NCBI RefSeq assembly: GCF_018977255.1
Contig: NW_024704743.1
Coordinates: 41,478,001 to 41,542,000 of the forward strand
DNA from: Callorhinchus milii
Taxonomy: Eukaryota
Reading direction: 5' to 3'
Length of the DNA: 64,000 nt
Part shown: in pieces, positions 25,310-39,075 of the stretch
How positions within the stretch are numbered: position 1 is the first letter of the stretch
How the letters are laid out: the number at the start of each line of letters is the position of its first letter
Made by a program: the position numbers and the translations under genes
Notes under the pieces: generated by a model
Databases searched by the model: none
What the model was told of the DNA's origin: nothing
The model's input: only the letters and a program-made list of their open reading frames with translations

Positions 25310-27784
25310 AGGACTTGCTTGAGGATTATGGGGTGAATCCTTCAGCAAATAGGAATTGGAATCATCATGAAGTCAAATGTCCATGTTCTATTAGTATCTG
25401 CTGATCAGAGATGTTGGTCACTAACGGATGCCTGGTGTCCATTGTCAGAAGGATGTCAGACGGTGCGCCATGTGGAAGTAACTTGTGAAAAAATTAGAAA
25501 AATGCCTTGACAATAATGGATATAGAGCACTCAGTTTATGTTTGCCATTTAAACATGGAGCAAGACTGATGGAGGTCAAGCAGAGAGCAATCACTATTTG
25601 AATTTATTAAATTCTCTAAATGTAAACAACAACGACATCATATAGCACCATGAATCAGAATAGCACCATAAACAGCTCTACAGTGGCAGAATTGGACCCC
25701 GAGCAAGGGAGAAGGAGTTTAGGGAGGTGGCTGGAGGTGAGGCCAACGAGTTAATCTTCAAGTGGGATTTAAACGATCCCAAAACAATGTTAGAGGCAAG
25801 TAAAGAGGGATGCAAAACTGGTAGTTCTAAGGCTGCTGGCAGGCATTCCAATGGGAAGTTTGCATGGAAAGTGTTGTGTGCTAAAGAACCTTAACAATCT
25901 CTCCCTCCCTGCTACTATTTGTGGCTTTTTAATTCAAAATATCAAGTAAGGAAGTGAAAGTCAACCCACCCCCCCACCACACACACACATATGTTGGGAG
26001 TTATCTGTGTTCTGATGAAATGACTAGCGCATACATCTCTCAGGAGACAATCTCTCACTGTTCTCAATCACTGTGTTCTTTGAATATGAAATATGTGTTC
26101 TGCAGCCTTAATGCAGATTGCATTTTCCATTAGTTCATGAATTATATTACTTTAAATCAATCCTTCGTGTAATATAAATTGCATGAACTGGTGATAAAAG
26201 GTGACAGGCATATAATGTTGAGCAATTAGAATTTGTAACATCACAGAGCGCAGCTGTGATCTCACTATCCATTTAGTAATGGGTCTTTCCCTCGAAAGAC
26301 CTCTTTGTCCTATTAAAAAACAGACATTTTGACGGACTGAGAGCTGAAGATGAAGTCAGAGTATCCATAGTAACCATTTGTCAGATTCCTTTTATGATAT
26401 AATGATCTAGGCCAAACATTTCACAAAAATCTACATTCATTTGAGTCAAATATAACTCTTTTGAGTGCTTTAGGCTGTATTTATTATAAATAAGTTTGCA
26501 CTTGTAGTTTCTCTTGCCAGTATTCTAAAGGATTTTAAAACTTCTTTATTGGATTTATTGGGAGCCTATCAGAAATTGTAAACCAGGGTTTGCTGAACAT
26601 CAGAAGCTTATACTATTTATTTGGTACATCTGGGAAAGTAATTGACAGCAGAGACTTTAATGTCAGATTATACATCTTCATTTTAACCATTTTTTTTGTA
26701 ACCAGCATATTATTCCACCCAGCTTTGCACAATCCAATTGGGTTTGAGTGTCTCTCTTGTTAAGGTATGACGTTTAAGGTTATTTTACTTCAGGCTTAAC
26801 CCTGATAGATTCTATTCCTTTATGCACAGGGATATGTTTCTCATTTCTCATTGGTTATAGCCCCAACATGATGATTGGTAATGCTACAATATGAATGAGG
26901 GTGGAGTGCATCAATTTGGGCTTCCCTCTCTTTTTCTTGGACAGTCTCTGCTCCCTAAAGTACATTTTAAGAAAACAAGTTTTAATGCTTTTGGCAAGCC
27001 ATTTGCTTGACCGACTGAAAACTTAAAAAACATAAGATCAATAGATCCTCATATGCATCTCAAGTAAAGCACAATTCTTCCCAGCCTTGGCTAATACATT
27101 CGGCAATGCATTGCTTTTATTGTTTTACTGATGGGAGCAATAGCACTTTGCATCTGGCAGTATAAACTGGACATTATTTCCAACAGACAGAAAAATCCCA
27201 ACAGCAAAACCACTTGGATCTTTTGAAAATAGTTCATCTCTTGATTAGGTCCACTATGAAGTGGCTTGTTTACTCTATTGACATCTGAATTGTTCTCCAC
27301 TTTATATCATTAGTACCAGGCTCCTGACCGCAATCCACTGTCTCAGAGGAAAGCATTGAAGAAAAGCCAAATGTTTTCTGTACAGGGATAGAGGCTAAAA
27401 TAGTGCAAGTGTAATGTTCTGGCCTCTCTCATATATTGCCTAGTGGTTAGTTGGACACTGCCATTAGCAGAGGCCTGACAATAAGTTACCTCCCTTCTTG
27501 TCTAAGTGTGGGAATAAATAGGAAGACAAATGTGGGTGAGGAAATATAACAAAAGGTTATTATGTACATGGATACCTTTTTTAAGGATTATTTTACCCTT
27601 TGCCTACAACACTGATGGGTGAGGAGTGAAATACGTTGCTTTTCATGATATTTATCCACACAATCGAGGGACAATCTCAGGTTCATTCCAATTATGTGCT
27701 GAATTACCTGATCTCAGACAGAGCAGCATTTGTAATGTTACTGCAGTCAGATTTTTTCCACTCTTGTTTGATCCTATGTGATAC

Positions 27785-28145
27785 CATAGCTCAGGCTCAG
27801 TTGCTTACATTCTCACCTCTGGATCAATAAGCTGTAGATTCTCCCCTCCCACGGCAAAAGAAATTAAGGGCTTGAGCTCATATTCTAAACAGACACTATT
27901 GCACTACTGAGGGAGCACTGCATTTTTGGTAGTACTGTCTTGCAGATGAAATATTAAAGCAAGGATGCATCTGGCTGTTCAAATGAATACTAAAGTTCTT
28001 AAATCAGTGAACAATAAAGAAATAGCTTTCCAGATTAATGATCATTGACCTCATGTTTGTTTGTGGGACCTAGCTTTCTGCAATTACCTGTCACGTTTGC
28101 CTAAAGATAACATTTGCTACATTTGACCTTAATTACTGGTGAAGC
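27785..28145 (+). mobile_element. Deu-domain SINE, degenerate
   Basis: ggctcagttg...ctcacctctg...tactgagggagcactgca...gatgaaatattaaagc...tgtttgtgggacctagct. Confidence 0.7.
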
Positions 28146-28443
28146 ACATAATGATATTTCAATGGAAAATAATTAATCGAGGTAACAACAATTCCTTTGG
28201 TTCACAGGGGATTTGAAAACAGAGAACGCATTTATTCAAGATTTTGAAGCAAAAGTAGAGAGAGGTTTTTGAAAATTGTTTCTCCAAGAGAGTTGGTCGT
28301 TAGGGTATGGAATAATGTGTTAGGATTTGTTGTTAGGGCAGATTGGATTGAAGCATTTAAAAAATAATTGGACAAAAATGTGCAGAAAGTATTATAGGGT
28401 AGGGGAAAAGAGCAAGGAACTGAGGTTAGAGTGAATGGCTTCT

Positions 28444-28800
28444 TGGCTCAGTTGTGTGTCAGCCTGCCTCTGTTGGTAGCACTCTTGGCTCTGAGACAGA
28501 GGTTGTGGGTTCAAGCACCATATCGGGACTTGGAATTCATATAACCTAGGCTGACACTCCAATGCAGTGCTGGGTGTATGCTGCACTGTTGGAGGTGCCT
28601 TCAGATGAGACATTAAACCAAGTCTGTCTGTTTAGGTGGATGTTAAAGATCCCATGGCATTATTCTAAAAGAGAAGGGTTGTTCACTTCATGGTTGTAGC
28701 ATTTGTCCACAAAACAAACATCATTACACTTTACAGTATATCCCGTGAAGCAATTTGAGGCATCCTTCTGACATGAAAGGTGCTATAAATAATGTAAGAA
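28444..28800 (+). mobile_element. Deu-domain SINE (SacSINE1-like)
   Basis: gttggtagcactcttggctctgagacagaggttgtgggttcaag...ctaggctgacactcc...gatgagacattaaacc...gatcccatggca, ending in an L2-type tail. Confidence 0.85.
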
Positions 28801-29049
28801 TTTGTTTGATTCATTTTTTGGAGGAGCAAACACTAACCTGAAATAAAAATTAGCCAATTGACCTCCTACCGTATCAATAACAACAAAAACTTTTGTATTT
28901 GTATAGCATCCTTCATGTAGATAGGGTCTCAGATTGCTTGTCCCTACATTTCTGTAGTTCTATTGGGGAAACCACTATACAAATGCATGCTCTTTCTTTT
29001 CTAACATCTGATACATATGAATTCATATAAAACTATGAGATGTTTTGTG

Positions 29050-29285
29050 CTTTGGACCTGTGGGTGCTGCGAATTGGGTTGTAACTATGTAGGGATAGGG
29101 GAAGAGTGCTCCAGAATTTTGGGGCATAGCGTCTGAACGTGCAGTCACCAATGCTCGAACGGAGGGCACGGGGGACATGCAGATAGCTGGAGCGTTGGAG
29201 AGGTAGGGAGATTCCAGGAAATGAAGGGATTTGAAAATGAGTGTGAGGATCTTGAAATCGACCTGTTTGGTGATGGGGAGCCAAA
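29050..29285 (-). mobile_element. Old L2 fragment
   Basis: Reverse complement reads tggctccccatc...ttcaagatcctc (WLPI...FKIL region of L2 ORF2) and ...RSSIGDCTFRRYAPKFW. Confidence 0.7.
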
Positions 29286-29934
29286 TATCTATCTATTTCC
29301 CTTCTAACTCATCTCATGTATGCCTCTACACAAAGCAGAGAGACTTTCATCCCATTATATTAAGCAAGATACAAAACACATTTTTCTATCTTGTCGAAAT
29401 AGTGTTTAGATAAATCCTGTTACACACACAATGTATAATGGATCTTCCATATAGTTATATAGAGTTATATACAGTTATATAGTTATGCATGGATACAGGC
29501 CATTGAGCTCAAATTGTCTGTGCCATGTAAAATCTAAATCCAGATTTTAGAGTATCGGGTATTACTAAATTAGGAAATTAGGAACAAATTAGAATTTCCT
29601 CAACAAAGGAAAAAAGAATAGGAGGATGCCATTCAGCCATTTGACCCTGTTCCACCAGTTTTTTAAAAAAATCTTTTAATCTCATTGTCCTGCCCTTTTA
29701 CCAAGGTTTGTTTTCTTCAGAAATTTATTTTGACCAGACACATCTATGAATAGATTTGACTGTACTTTCTTCTTTTACTAGTAAATCATTTAGTGTTCTG
29801 AATTTGATCTGTCAATCAATCATTTACACAAGATACCAATAGTAATTTATTATTGGGAGATCCTATCAATAAATCCGAAAGCTCTTTGAAAGGTTAACAG
29901 ACAGACAAAAAAAGTGAACAACCAATTTAATCTA

Positions 29935-30055
29935 GAGGATTGTTGGCTAGAACACTGGGAGAAATTCTGTTCTCCTTTTAACTAGTTCCATGGGATCTTT
30001 AACATCCACCTAAACCCACAGATAAAACAACAGTCTTATGTCTCATCCAAAGGAC
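29935..30055 (-). mobile_element. Deu-domain SINE fragment
   Basis: ccatgggatctttaacatccacctaaac...tgtctcatccaaaggacg. Confidence 0.65.
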
Positions 30056-30889
30056 GAAACATATTGAAATGAACCTTGGTCATTTCTTGTTCATCAAATG
30101 TATATTGTAGAAGTTAAAAAATGCATTGTATAAATTATTAGTCAAATGGTTACAGACTGTAAAATAACTTGTTGATAAATTATCACACAAGTAAAAGTTA
30201 TGTAAAATCTATGGTAATACGCCTTAAGAGTTTCGATTGCAAAGCTACTGAAGGATTTTTGTTGCACGTTGTAGGGATTTGCAAAAGAGCAGTTCTGAAT
30301 TAATGCAGACTTAATGCAAAATGCCTCATTTTGTGCAGATGGATGATCCCTTCAACCTTCTTGCAATTTCCATGGGTAAAATTTTAGCCTTAGCTCTGAG
30401 AATTGCTGCAAGCTTATTTTTAACTGACTACTGGAACAATCCTCAGAGAAACAAAATTGAAACTTGATGGGTATAGATACTAGTTGATTGCGATGCCACT
30501 GCGACTCCAAGCTTGTTGGAAACTCACATTTTACAATTCACAGTGGCATTTTACAACTAAAAGCTCGTTCACCATAAATTTCTGGTAAGTCCTGATAACC
30601 TACTCCTCATCTTTGGGGAGTTCAGAAACAAAGAATTTACTAAAGTAAAAATGAGAAAAGGTCACTTGGCCAGCTGAGTCTAATCTTTCTGACTGAACAT
30701 GTACTGGCTGACAAACATTCCCAAATGTATTTGATTTCCTGAAAGTAAGACTGTCAAAGAGAGAAATTGGTGAAATCTCCATGACAGTCAAATGCAAACA
30801 GAAGAATACCAATTTAACATAACAAATCACATTTCCCAAACCTCATTGGTTGTATTTAGCAGTTGGCTGAGTCTAGAAGGACTAGTTTC

Positions 30890-31081
30890 TTTCTTCATGT
30901 GGAGTGTAATCAATACCTGGAACAGGTTGCCAGGAAAGATGTCAGAGGTCAGGAGAGTGGATTCATTTAAAAAGCAGCTTGATGCTGTAATGAGAGGATT
31001 GTAGGGCGTATGTTCTGAAAGGATGAGATCGGGTGGGCCAAAGAGCCTTCTTCATCTGAACCAATCTTGTGATCTTGTGAA
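30890..31081 (+). mobile_element. CR1 3' fragment (tcttgtga-tail family)
   Basis: VINTWNRLP...SFKKQLD translation; tail tcttgtgatcttgtga; related to 43800-44115 and 63468-63740. Confidence 0.8.
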
Positions 31082-32080
31082 ACTGGTGATCAACAATAGA
31101 ATTTGACCACAGATCCATGGACTTGCCTCTCTAATCTCAGCCTTTTTTTATATAACTGATAACCTTTTAACATAACTTGAAAAGAGTCAATTCCCACAAT
31201 ATTTACTACTTTTGGTTACAGTTTATGTCAACAATTATCCCCAATTGTTTGCTAGACTTTTTCAACACACATAGATTTTGCCATACAATCACAGCTCATA
31301 ACAGTATAGTGAATGTATGGCGGTCATTAAAACATATGTGCAGTTACTTTTTTTTTTGCTTTGAATTAAATCTAAATAAGTTTGTACCTGATGATTAGAG
31401 TATCCAATAAATCATTTATTGACAATGGACCTGTGTAAATTAAACACAGTGCCATTTTTTGTACGTTCATGAAACATGTGCACTACAAGTCACATTTGCT
31501 TATATAATCTCCTGCTTATAAACCCTCCATATTACTTCTACTCAATAAGAATTAATTTTAATTTACTATAAAGAACGATTGCCATTTACTATGATACAAT
31601 ACAATATCTGGTGCATTTTGAAATTTGAAAGCAATGTATTGAAAGACATTTATAAACTCCATTCAATAATTATTCAAACCCAGAAAAGGGAAGGTGAACG
31701 GACAGTTTAGATTAGATGGCTTTACACAGAGAGTGGTGAGTGATATGTGAAGATAGACAACTAAGAGAGGCAGTGAATGCACATTATTTGAACAACTTTC
31801 AAGAAGAACTTAGATAAGGCCCCGTGATAGCACACTTCACTGGAAAGCAAGCAAACTTAACTGTTTTCTTATGGATCCAAAGTTACCAGATGTGATTTAC
31901 CATTCCGGTTTCTATAGACCTGCAGGAGTGGACCGACCTGCTTACTGCACATGTGTGCTACATATACTAATACTAATTCTTACATTTGATAAATGTTTTC
32001 CATACAAAGAACAAGTTGCTTCAGATCAAGGGTGAAAAATGCATTAAATGATACGATCATGTATTTCTCACCTCAATGTT

Positions 32081-34136
32081 AATTTGACTTGATATTGACT
32101 AGTTGACTATTCCAGCTGCCATTCTGACATGCAATAATCCACAATTGTCATGGATGCTTACATAACATTCCCAGCCTAATTTATTGACATTGATGTAGAA
32201 ATGACCACTTTGACAATGTGCTGTTATTAACTGATGTGAAACTCAAAGTGCTGTACTAAAGATGCAATATTTATACTTCAGCTGTGATCCGAACTTCATT
32301 TTCTGTCACTTAATTAATGAAAGCTGGCACATCTCTGCTGACTGAGCATTAGCTGGATGTGTGTTCACACTTAAGATTAATTAAATAATTGCTTTCCATG
32401 AAATAGGTCTAACTCACAAATAGTACTTTAAATATGGAAGGCATTTGTGAAGTAAAGCAGTAACTCTTTGGAGAATTAAATTACTTATTGGCTACTGACA
32501 TATTCTTCCAACATGGTTTCTTTTAAACTGATTTTACTAAGTACCATCTATCCAAAGTATTATTTCGTGACATTGCTAGAGAGGGAGGAAGATGAATATT
32601 TGATTAATAAAATGCCCCTGTTACAATGGTAATAATTTCAACTTCAAAGCGTTAATGAAACATTTTGCGAGCTATAAATCTCTCTGGACCACTTAGGCCC
32701 TTCATCTAATTATAGTTGCCTTTTAACAAAAGCTCAAAAGCTTTCCAGTTTATCGTGAAGGATACAGAGGATCAATTTTTCCAATTAATACATCACACTG
32801 GGTATATTATTTGCAAAGTTTTTTGACAAGAGCTAATTTCATGTTCAGAGTGATGCACTTTGCTGATATTGATCACTATTTTGGTATTCTGACAAAGTTT
32901 CATTTCTGGTTGCACTCCTATATCCCCAGATCTTCAAACATTTCAGATAACACACATGGGAATTTTAGAAGTTGTGTGAAATTTTGGAACTCATTGTGCT
33001 TTCACTTTCTCTTTCACTTTCCATCCTATCAAAACCTATCCATATTTCAAAAACCTGTATTAGATAGTTTCTGACACATTCTCTTTTCCAATAGAAACAG
33101 AAGCAATTGTTATCATCCCTCTGAACCTACCATGTACCCTTTACTTTACTCTGATGTCTTCTCGATAATGGGACACCCAGAAATGTGCCTTGTTCTCCAA
33201 AGTAAGCCTCACCAGCAGTTCTTAACATGGAACTGACACAACTACAGGATAAATCTGGCAGCAACAGGAAGAAGGGTGTCCAGTTGTCAGTATTTCTACT
33301 TTTGTGTTGATCTTCCTGTCACCAGAGGTACAAGCTGAAAACAGCATAAAGGTGAGATGTTACATAACAAATTAATCCTCAATATCCTCACGATAAACTG
33401 GAAAGCTTTTGAGGTAACCATAATTTGATGGAGTGCTAAGTGGTCCAGGGAGATTTACAGCTCACAAAAGGTTTCATTAATGCTTTGAAGTTGAAATTAT
33501 TACCATTATAACATGGGGATTTTTTAAATCAAATATTCATTTCCCTGCCTCTCCAGCAATTTCACGAATAACGCTTTGGATAGATGGTACTTAGTAAAAT
33601 CAGTTCAAATGAAGCTATGTTGGGAGAAAGTGAATCAAAAACCAGTAAGTAATATCATCCTCTAAAGAGTTACTGCTTCATTTCACAAATGATTTCCCTG
33701 CTTAATGTACTATTCCTGTGTCAGATCTCTTTCATGGAAAGCAATTATTTCATTAATCTTAAGTGTGAACACACATCCAGTTAATGCTCAGTCAGCAGAG
33801 ATGTGGTGGCTTTCATCAGGGCTATTATTTTTAATTAAGTGACAGAAAATGCATTTCGATCACAGCCGAAATTTAAACATCATATCTTTAGTACTGCATT
33901 ACACTTTTGAATCAATTAAATTCTGCGCAACTTCTAAATGGTCCCTTCTTCATCAATGAAATGGCTGTCAATAAATTCAACTGAGAATGTAATGTAACCA
34001 TCCATGAAATTGTGGAATCTTGTGATACAAGTATGGCAGTATTGTGGCTGGAACAGTCAATGAGACTTTACTTCGTTAATTGGGACTAATCCAAATGCAC
34101 ATCAGTTACTTTAGTAGACAGAAATATCAAGTCAAT
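32081..34136. repeat. Large inverted repeat: arms ~32081-32778 and ~33369-34136, spacer ~590 bp
   Basis: 32328-32403 vs 33730-33805 reverse-complement match 74/76; 32526-32557 vs 33574-33605 match 32/32; colinear similarity along the arms. Confidence 0.95.
33015..33220 (-). mobile_element. Degenerate CR1 fragment in the palindrome spacer
   Basis: gggacacccagaaatgtgccttgttctccaaagtaagcctcaccag resembles the reverse complement of the CR1 ORF2 LVRPHLEY..QFW region. Confidence 0.5.
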
Positions 34137-35689
34137 TTGGACATAACACAAAAAATATTATTTTAAATAAGGAATCAAGCAGCTCTGATAACTCTTCCTG
34201 ATACTTGTTTTCATGTCCCAATCTTTCAGAATCATTAACAATCCTTAAATGGCAATACTAAATTCATTCATGTCTTTCCACACTAATGTTTTACTGGCGC
34301 TGGATACTGCTTTTATACTGATTACAACCAAAGTGCTAATTTATCTTTCCAGATAGGAGGTACCAAGTGAAGTGTATGATAGTCCTCCAGATTACTGTGT
34401 GAGTTGCAGCAAATAGAGAATTCAGAAGAACACAGAGTTAGAAGATAGATGTCATGCATTCAAAATGTACAAACATTTTAACACTTCCTCATCCTTTGAG
34501 AATGTAACTAAGCTAATGAATATCCCATGTCTACAATATCCTCTGATTTTCAAAGGCATTTGATAGTTGTAGAAGTGAGACTTTTAAGGAAGTTTTAGAG
34601 TATACAATTATTGTCAAATTATCCTATATGACTCATGTTTGTCTTAGCCATAGAAACGGAAAGTAGTGATGAATGGAAAAACTTTCATATGGAATTATTT
34701 ATGCAGGCACAAATAGTACAATAAAAAAAAACTTGCACGCTCTGGTGCAAAATTTGCATGTTCTTGTGCAAAACATCACTTTTTGGGCAAAACATTTTTC
34801 TTTCTGAGCTTTTGTTGGAATTTTTGTTTCACCCCAAAAATGTCTCAAAAGCGTGTTAAAAATAATCTTGTTATTTATTATTATTTACAGAAAAATTGGT
34901 GAGTGTGCGGAATGGGCTACTCAGAAAGGCAGTGGAAGCAGATCGTGTCAGCAAATTCATGAGAGAATTAAGCATCTGTTTGACAAATAAGACAATTGAG
35001 CCATATGAGATATATTGTGTAGGATTTTTTGTTTTACGTTGAAACCAGCCAGAAAGCGTACATTGTTATTTTCCAGTATCTACATTCCTATCTTCTGAAG
35101 CCATCACTTAATACGTATGTTAAATTGCAACTCCTTATATGCCTTTATTTTGAGGGTACCTATCCTGTTCAATTTACCTGTAGAATAGTGTATTATTTTA
35201 TGACTATGGCATTCCAATTGCCAGCTCGCATACTTGCCCTTTGAGGCTTCCTATTCTTGCCTGATGTCAGCTCCCGAGTCCAGTAGTTCACTATTAATAC
35301 TTCTTATATTAGGGATTATTTTTAGGGATTATTATCCTCAGAAAAGTGATCCACTCCTTTTTTCATTTAATTTAATTCTTTCTCTTGGTAGCAATAACCA
35401 GTTTTTCATCCATGTTTACCGATTGCTTATTTCCTTCCCCCTTGACAAATCATAGTTGAATGAATTACATTGTTATTTCACTTTCCTGACTCTCTAGCTA
35501 GTTATGTATACAATATTCTTCCTGTAGAATTGTTATTTCTTCTCAGAAGTTTTCCAATTGTCTTCAAATTCAGTATCTGGTACAAACCAATTTAATAATC
35601 ATTTAATCATATCAATTATCTTGCTCAACCTCTCTATACCGCCAGGGTTACTCTTTTTACTTTATATGTACCTACCATATCTTTAATTT

Positions 35690-35990
35690 ACACCCCACTT
35701 CTCTACTAGACCCCTTTGCTCAGGCGGCTCGAGCCTTCTGCACTCAAGCTCTGAACTCCACCATCGACAGTCATGCTTTCAGCCACTATACCCTGAATCT
35801 CTGAAAGTTTCTATCCTTCTACTTGTCACACTTTGCCCATCTTCAGATCACACCTGAAGATCTTCCTTTTCGATCTTGCCTACGGTCACCTCCCCTTCCT
35901 CCCTGGTTCGGTGTCAAACTATGCCATTGTTAAGCATTCCGAGACACTGCCCAAAATGAAGGACGTTATATAAACGCAAGTTGTTATCAT
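35690..35990 (+). mobile_element. Old L2 3' fragment
   Basis: ccaccatcgacagtcatgctttcagcc...tgaaggacgttatataaacgcaagttgtt. Confidence 0.7.
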
Positions 35991-36749
35991 TGCTAATTCA
36001 TCCTTTAGCTCCTTCTACCTTCTCCACGTTTCAGCTTTTCCAATACTTTTCCCATCAACATTTCATAAGTCCTTTCTATTAAATGTGATGTTTATCAGCA
36101 GATTTGATACCCATGATTAACACATTGGTGCCAAATTGCAGTATTCCTAAACATATTCTGTTCCCTATTTAAGGAGTTAGGTTAAACATTGAAAATGTTT
36201 AATGTTACGACTCCTGAACATTGATAGTGCCAAAAGCTGGTTGATAATGTTTGTAACAACTATTGTACATTGACGTTGAGTGGACCCAGTCTTTGAGATG
36301 CTACGTTACAGGATTTAGCTATATTGTTGTTGTGAAAAGTGGTATTGAAAGGGTTAATCAGTTGTTCCAAACTTCCCTGCAGTAAGGTATGTAAAAAGCA
36401 ATACATCCAGCAGGCATAGATTATAAAGATGGCAGGCTGCAAAGGTGGCATGTGTTACAATCATCCTATGTTTTGGGTCCCATTGCACAAATGCACAGCC
36501 TGTGCCACAACCACCTCTGCTTGCTGGAAGGAGACACATTTGGAATTCCTAATAAGGAATCCATTCATGATTCACCACATATAAGGCCCCAATAAGTCGC
36601 AATACAATACATTGCACTGTGCGTGCAGATATATGGATATTTTAAGGGGTTATGCAAGACCAAGATTATAACTCAGAAATACTGAATGACATGTGTGCAT
36701 CAGGTTGGTTTTGCACAAACACTTCAACAGATTAACCATAGCTTCTTGA

Positions 36750-38330
36750 TACAACAACAACAACAAAATTACATTTGTATAACGCCTTTCACATCGGGAG
36801 GATGTCCCAAGGCACTGGACACTCAAAGTTTCAGACCCGAGCTGGGGGTCAGGATTGGGGAGGGTGGAGGGCAAGGGCGGAAGCAGGGTGGTCGAAAGCA
36901 CAGTTGAAGAGGAGGGGCTTGAGATGGGTCTTAAAGGAGGCAAGGGAGGGGTGAGGTGTAGGGATTGCAGAATGGAGTTCCAGAGGATGGGGTTAGAATG
37001 GCAGAACACCCGCTCACCAATTGTGGTGCGAGCGAGGCAGGGGATATGAAGCTGGCTGGAGCCTGCTGAGTGGAGGGAGCGAGCAGGATGGTCGGGGGTT
37101 TGGAGGTCACAGAGGTAGGGGGGAGAAAGACCAGGGAGTGCTTTGAAGGTGAGGACCAGGATCCTGAACTCTATCCTCTGTGTGATGGGAAGCCAGTGGA
37201 GTCGGGCGAGGACGAGGGTGAAAAGGTCACGGAGCCTGGTTCAGGAGAGGACACGGGCTGCAGAGTTCTGGATGATCTCCAGCCTATGGAGGAAGGAGTT
37301 GGGGAGTCTGACAAGCAAGTTGTTTGCATAGTCAAGCCTCGATATAATGAAAGCATGTATGAGGGTTTCGGCGGCCTGTGGAGTGAGACAGTGGCAGAGC
37401 CACACAATGTTGCGGTGGTGGGAGATGGCAAAGAGGGTCATGGCACAGATATGGGATAAAAAGGTTAGTTGAATGTCAAACAAGATGCCAAGGTTCTGGA
37501 CTGGCTTAGCAAGGTGGAGTGTGCATCCATGGATGGTGATGCTGTCAGCGCCTGAGGTGAGGAGGCGTTGATAGTATCCAATCAGCAGGGCCTTGCTCTT
37601 GTTGACGTTCAACTGAAGAAAGTTAGCTCTCATCCAGGACTTGATGTCTGATAGACATTCTCTCAGGACAGTAGTGGTGCTGGAGTCAAGGTTGAAGGCA
37701 GAGAGATACAGTTGGGTGTCATCTGCAACCATTTGGAAATTGACCCCATGTCTGTAGGTGATGTCACCAAGAAGGAGCATGTAGATATTGAAGAGAAGGG
37801 GACCAAGGACAAAGCCCTGAGGAATGCCGCACGAGATGGTGCGGGGGCTAGAGGAGAAACCGTTTGTGTAGATGAAGTGGAGGTGGTGTGAGAGTTCTGA
37901 TCTGAACCAGTCAAGGACAGAGCCGTGAAGGTTGAGGTGAGAGGAGAGGCTGTGGATGAGGATAGATTGGTTGTTGGTGTCGAAGGCAGCAGGGAGGTCA
38001 AAGAGGACGAGGAGGCAGAGGGAGCTCTGGTCGCATATGGACAGAATGTCATTTTTCACTTTGACCAGGGCTGTTTCTGTGCTGTGGGCGGCACGGAAAC
38101 TTGATTGGAGGGGTTTTTGAAAGGAGTGCTGTGAGAGGAAGGAGCGAAGCTGTGAAGTAACAACTTATTCCAGGACCTTGGAGAGGAAAGAAAGATTGGA
38201 GATGGGGTAGTGGTTTGAGAGTAGAGATGTGTCCTGGAGGGTTTTTCAAGGATAGGAGTGATGACCGCCATTTTTAATACGGTAGGAACAGTACCAGTGG
38301 ACAGGGAGAGATTTATGATGTCTGTGAGTT
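36750..38330 (-). mobile_element. L2 LINE, 5'-truncated (~1.6 kb) with reverse-transcriptase domain remnant (ORF 37241-38059)
   Basis: LVLFDLPAAFDT, GIPQGFVLGPLLFNIY, VADDTQLY (decayed YADD), NFLQLNVNK; (CAA)n tail at 36750-36765. Confidence 0.97.
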
Positions 38331-38902
38331 TATGATGTCTGAGATATTGCCTTATATGGATATATGTAAAGAGCCTAATAGATTAGAACAATGCAATACA
38401 AATCTACATTATATAGCACCTTTCATGTTGAGAGGACATTCCTAAATGGCTTAATAGTTTTATATCCTTTTTATTATCAATTGCAACCCTACAATTCAAG
38501 GTGACTCATAACTATAATAATTGAACACTACATGACATATTACTGTCGTCCAGGATATACATTTAGCAGCTCTTTGTTTTATGGCAAGGAGACGACCAAG
38601 ACTTTTTTTTAAACCAGGGCGCTGTCATTGAGTGGATTCTATCGTAAAAGTTCTTCTCTTTCACCTCTGTCGCATATGGCTAACAAGGAAATCAATGTAA
38701 AGTACTGTTGTGTGTTTGACCTTCAGGTGAAAGTGTGACTGATCATTAGGAAATGGTAATAATGTTAATTGCTTTTAATTAAGCTATTATTCATGTGTGT
38801 TCCTTTCAGAATATTAAGTCTACTTAGATGAGGTGAGAGAGATACATCTTCTTGGATCTTTGTTACTATCAGTTGAATGCACCTTCAGCTCCAAATATCA
38901 TT

Positions 38903-39075
38903 GTGGTGTCTTAATGATTAGAGCACTCGCCTCGCAAGCGAGAGGACTTGAGTTAGATTGCCGGCAGGGTGAAACATTAGGCAAGTTTCCTTACTCCACA
39001 CGCCTCTGTTTACCTAGCAGTAAGTAGGAACCTGGTTGTTAGTCAAATGGCAGATCGCTTTTCTGAGGGCAATGA
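38903..39075 (+). mobile_element. tRNA-Ala SINE long form, 5' half
   Basis: Head plus cctctgtttacctagcagtaagtaggaacctggttgttagtc module; 3' half missing. Confidence 0.8.
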
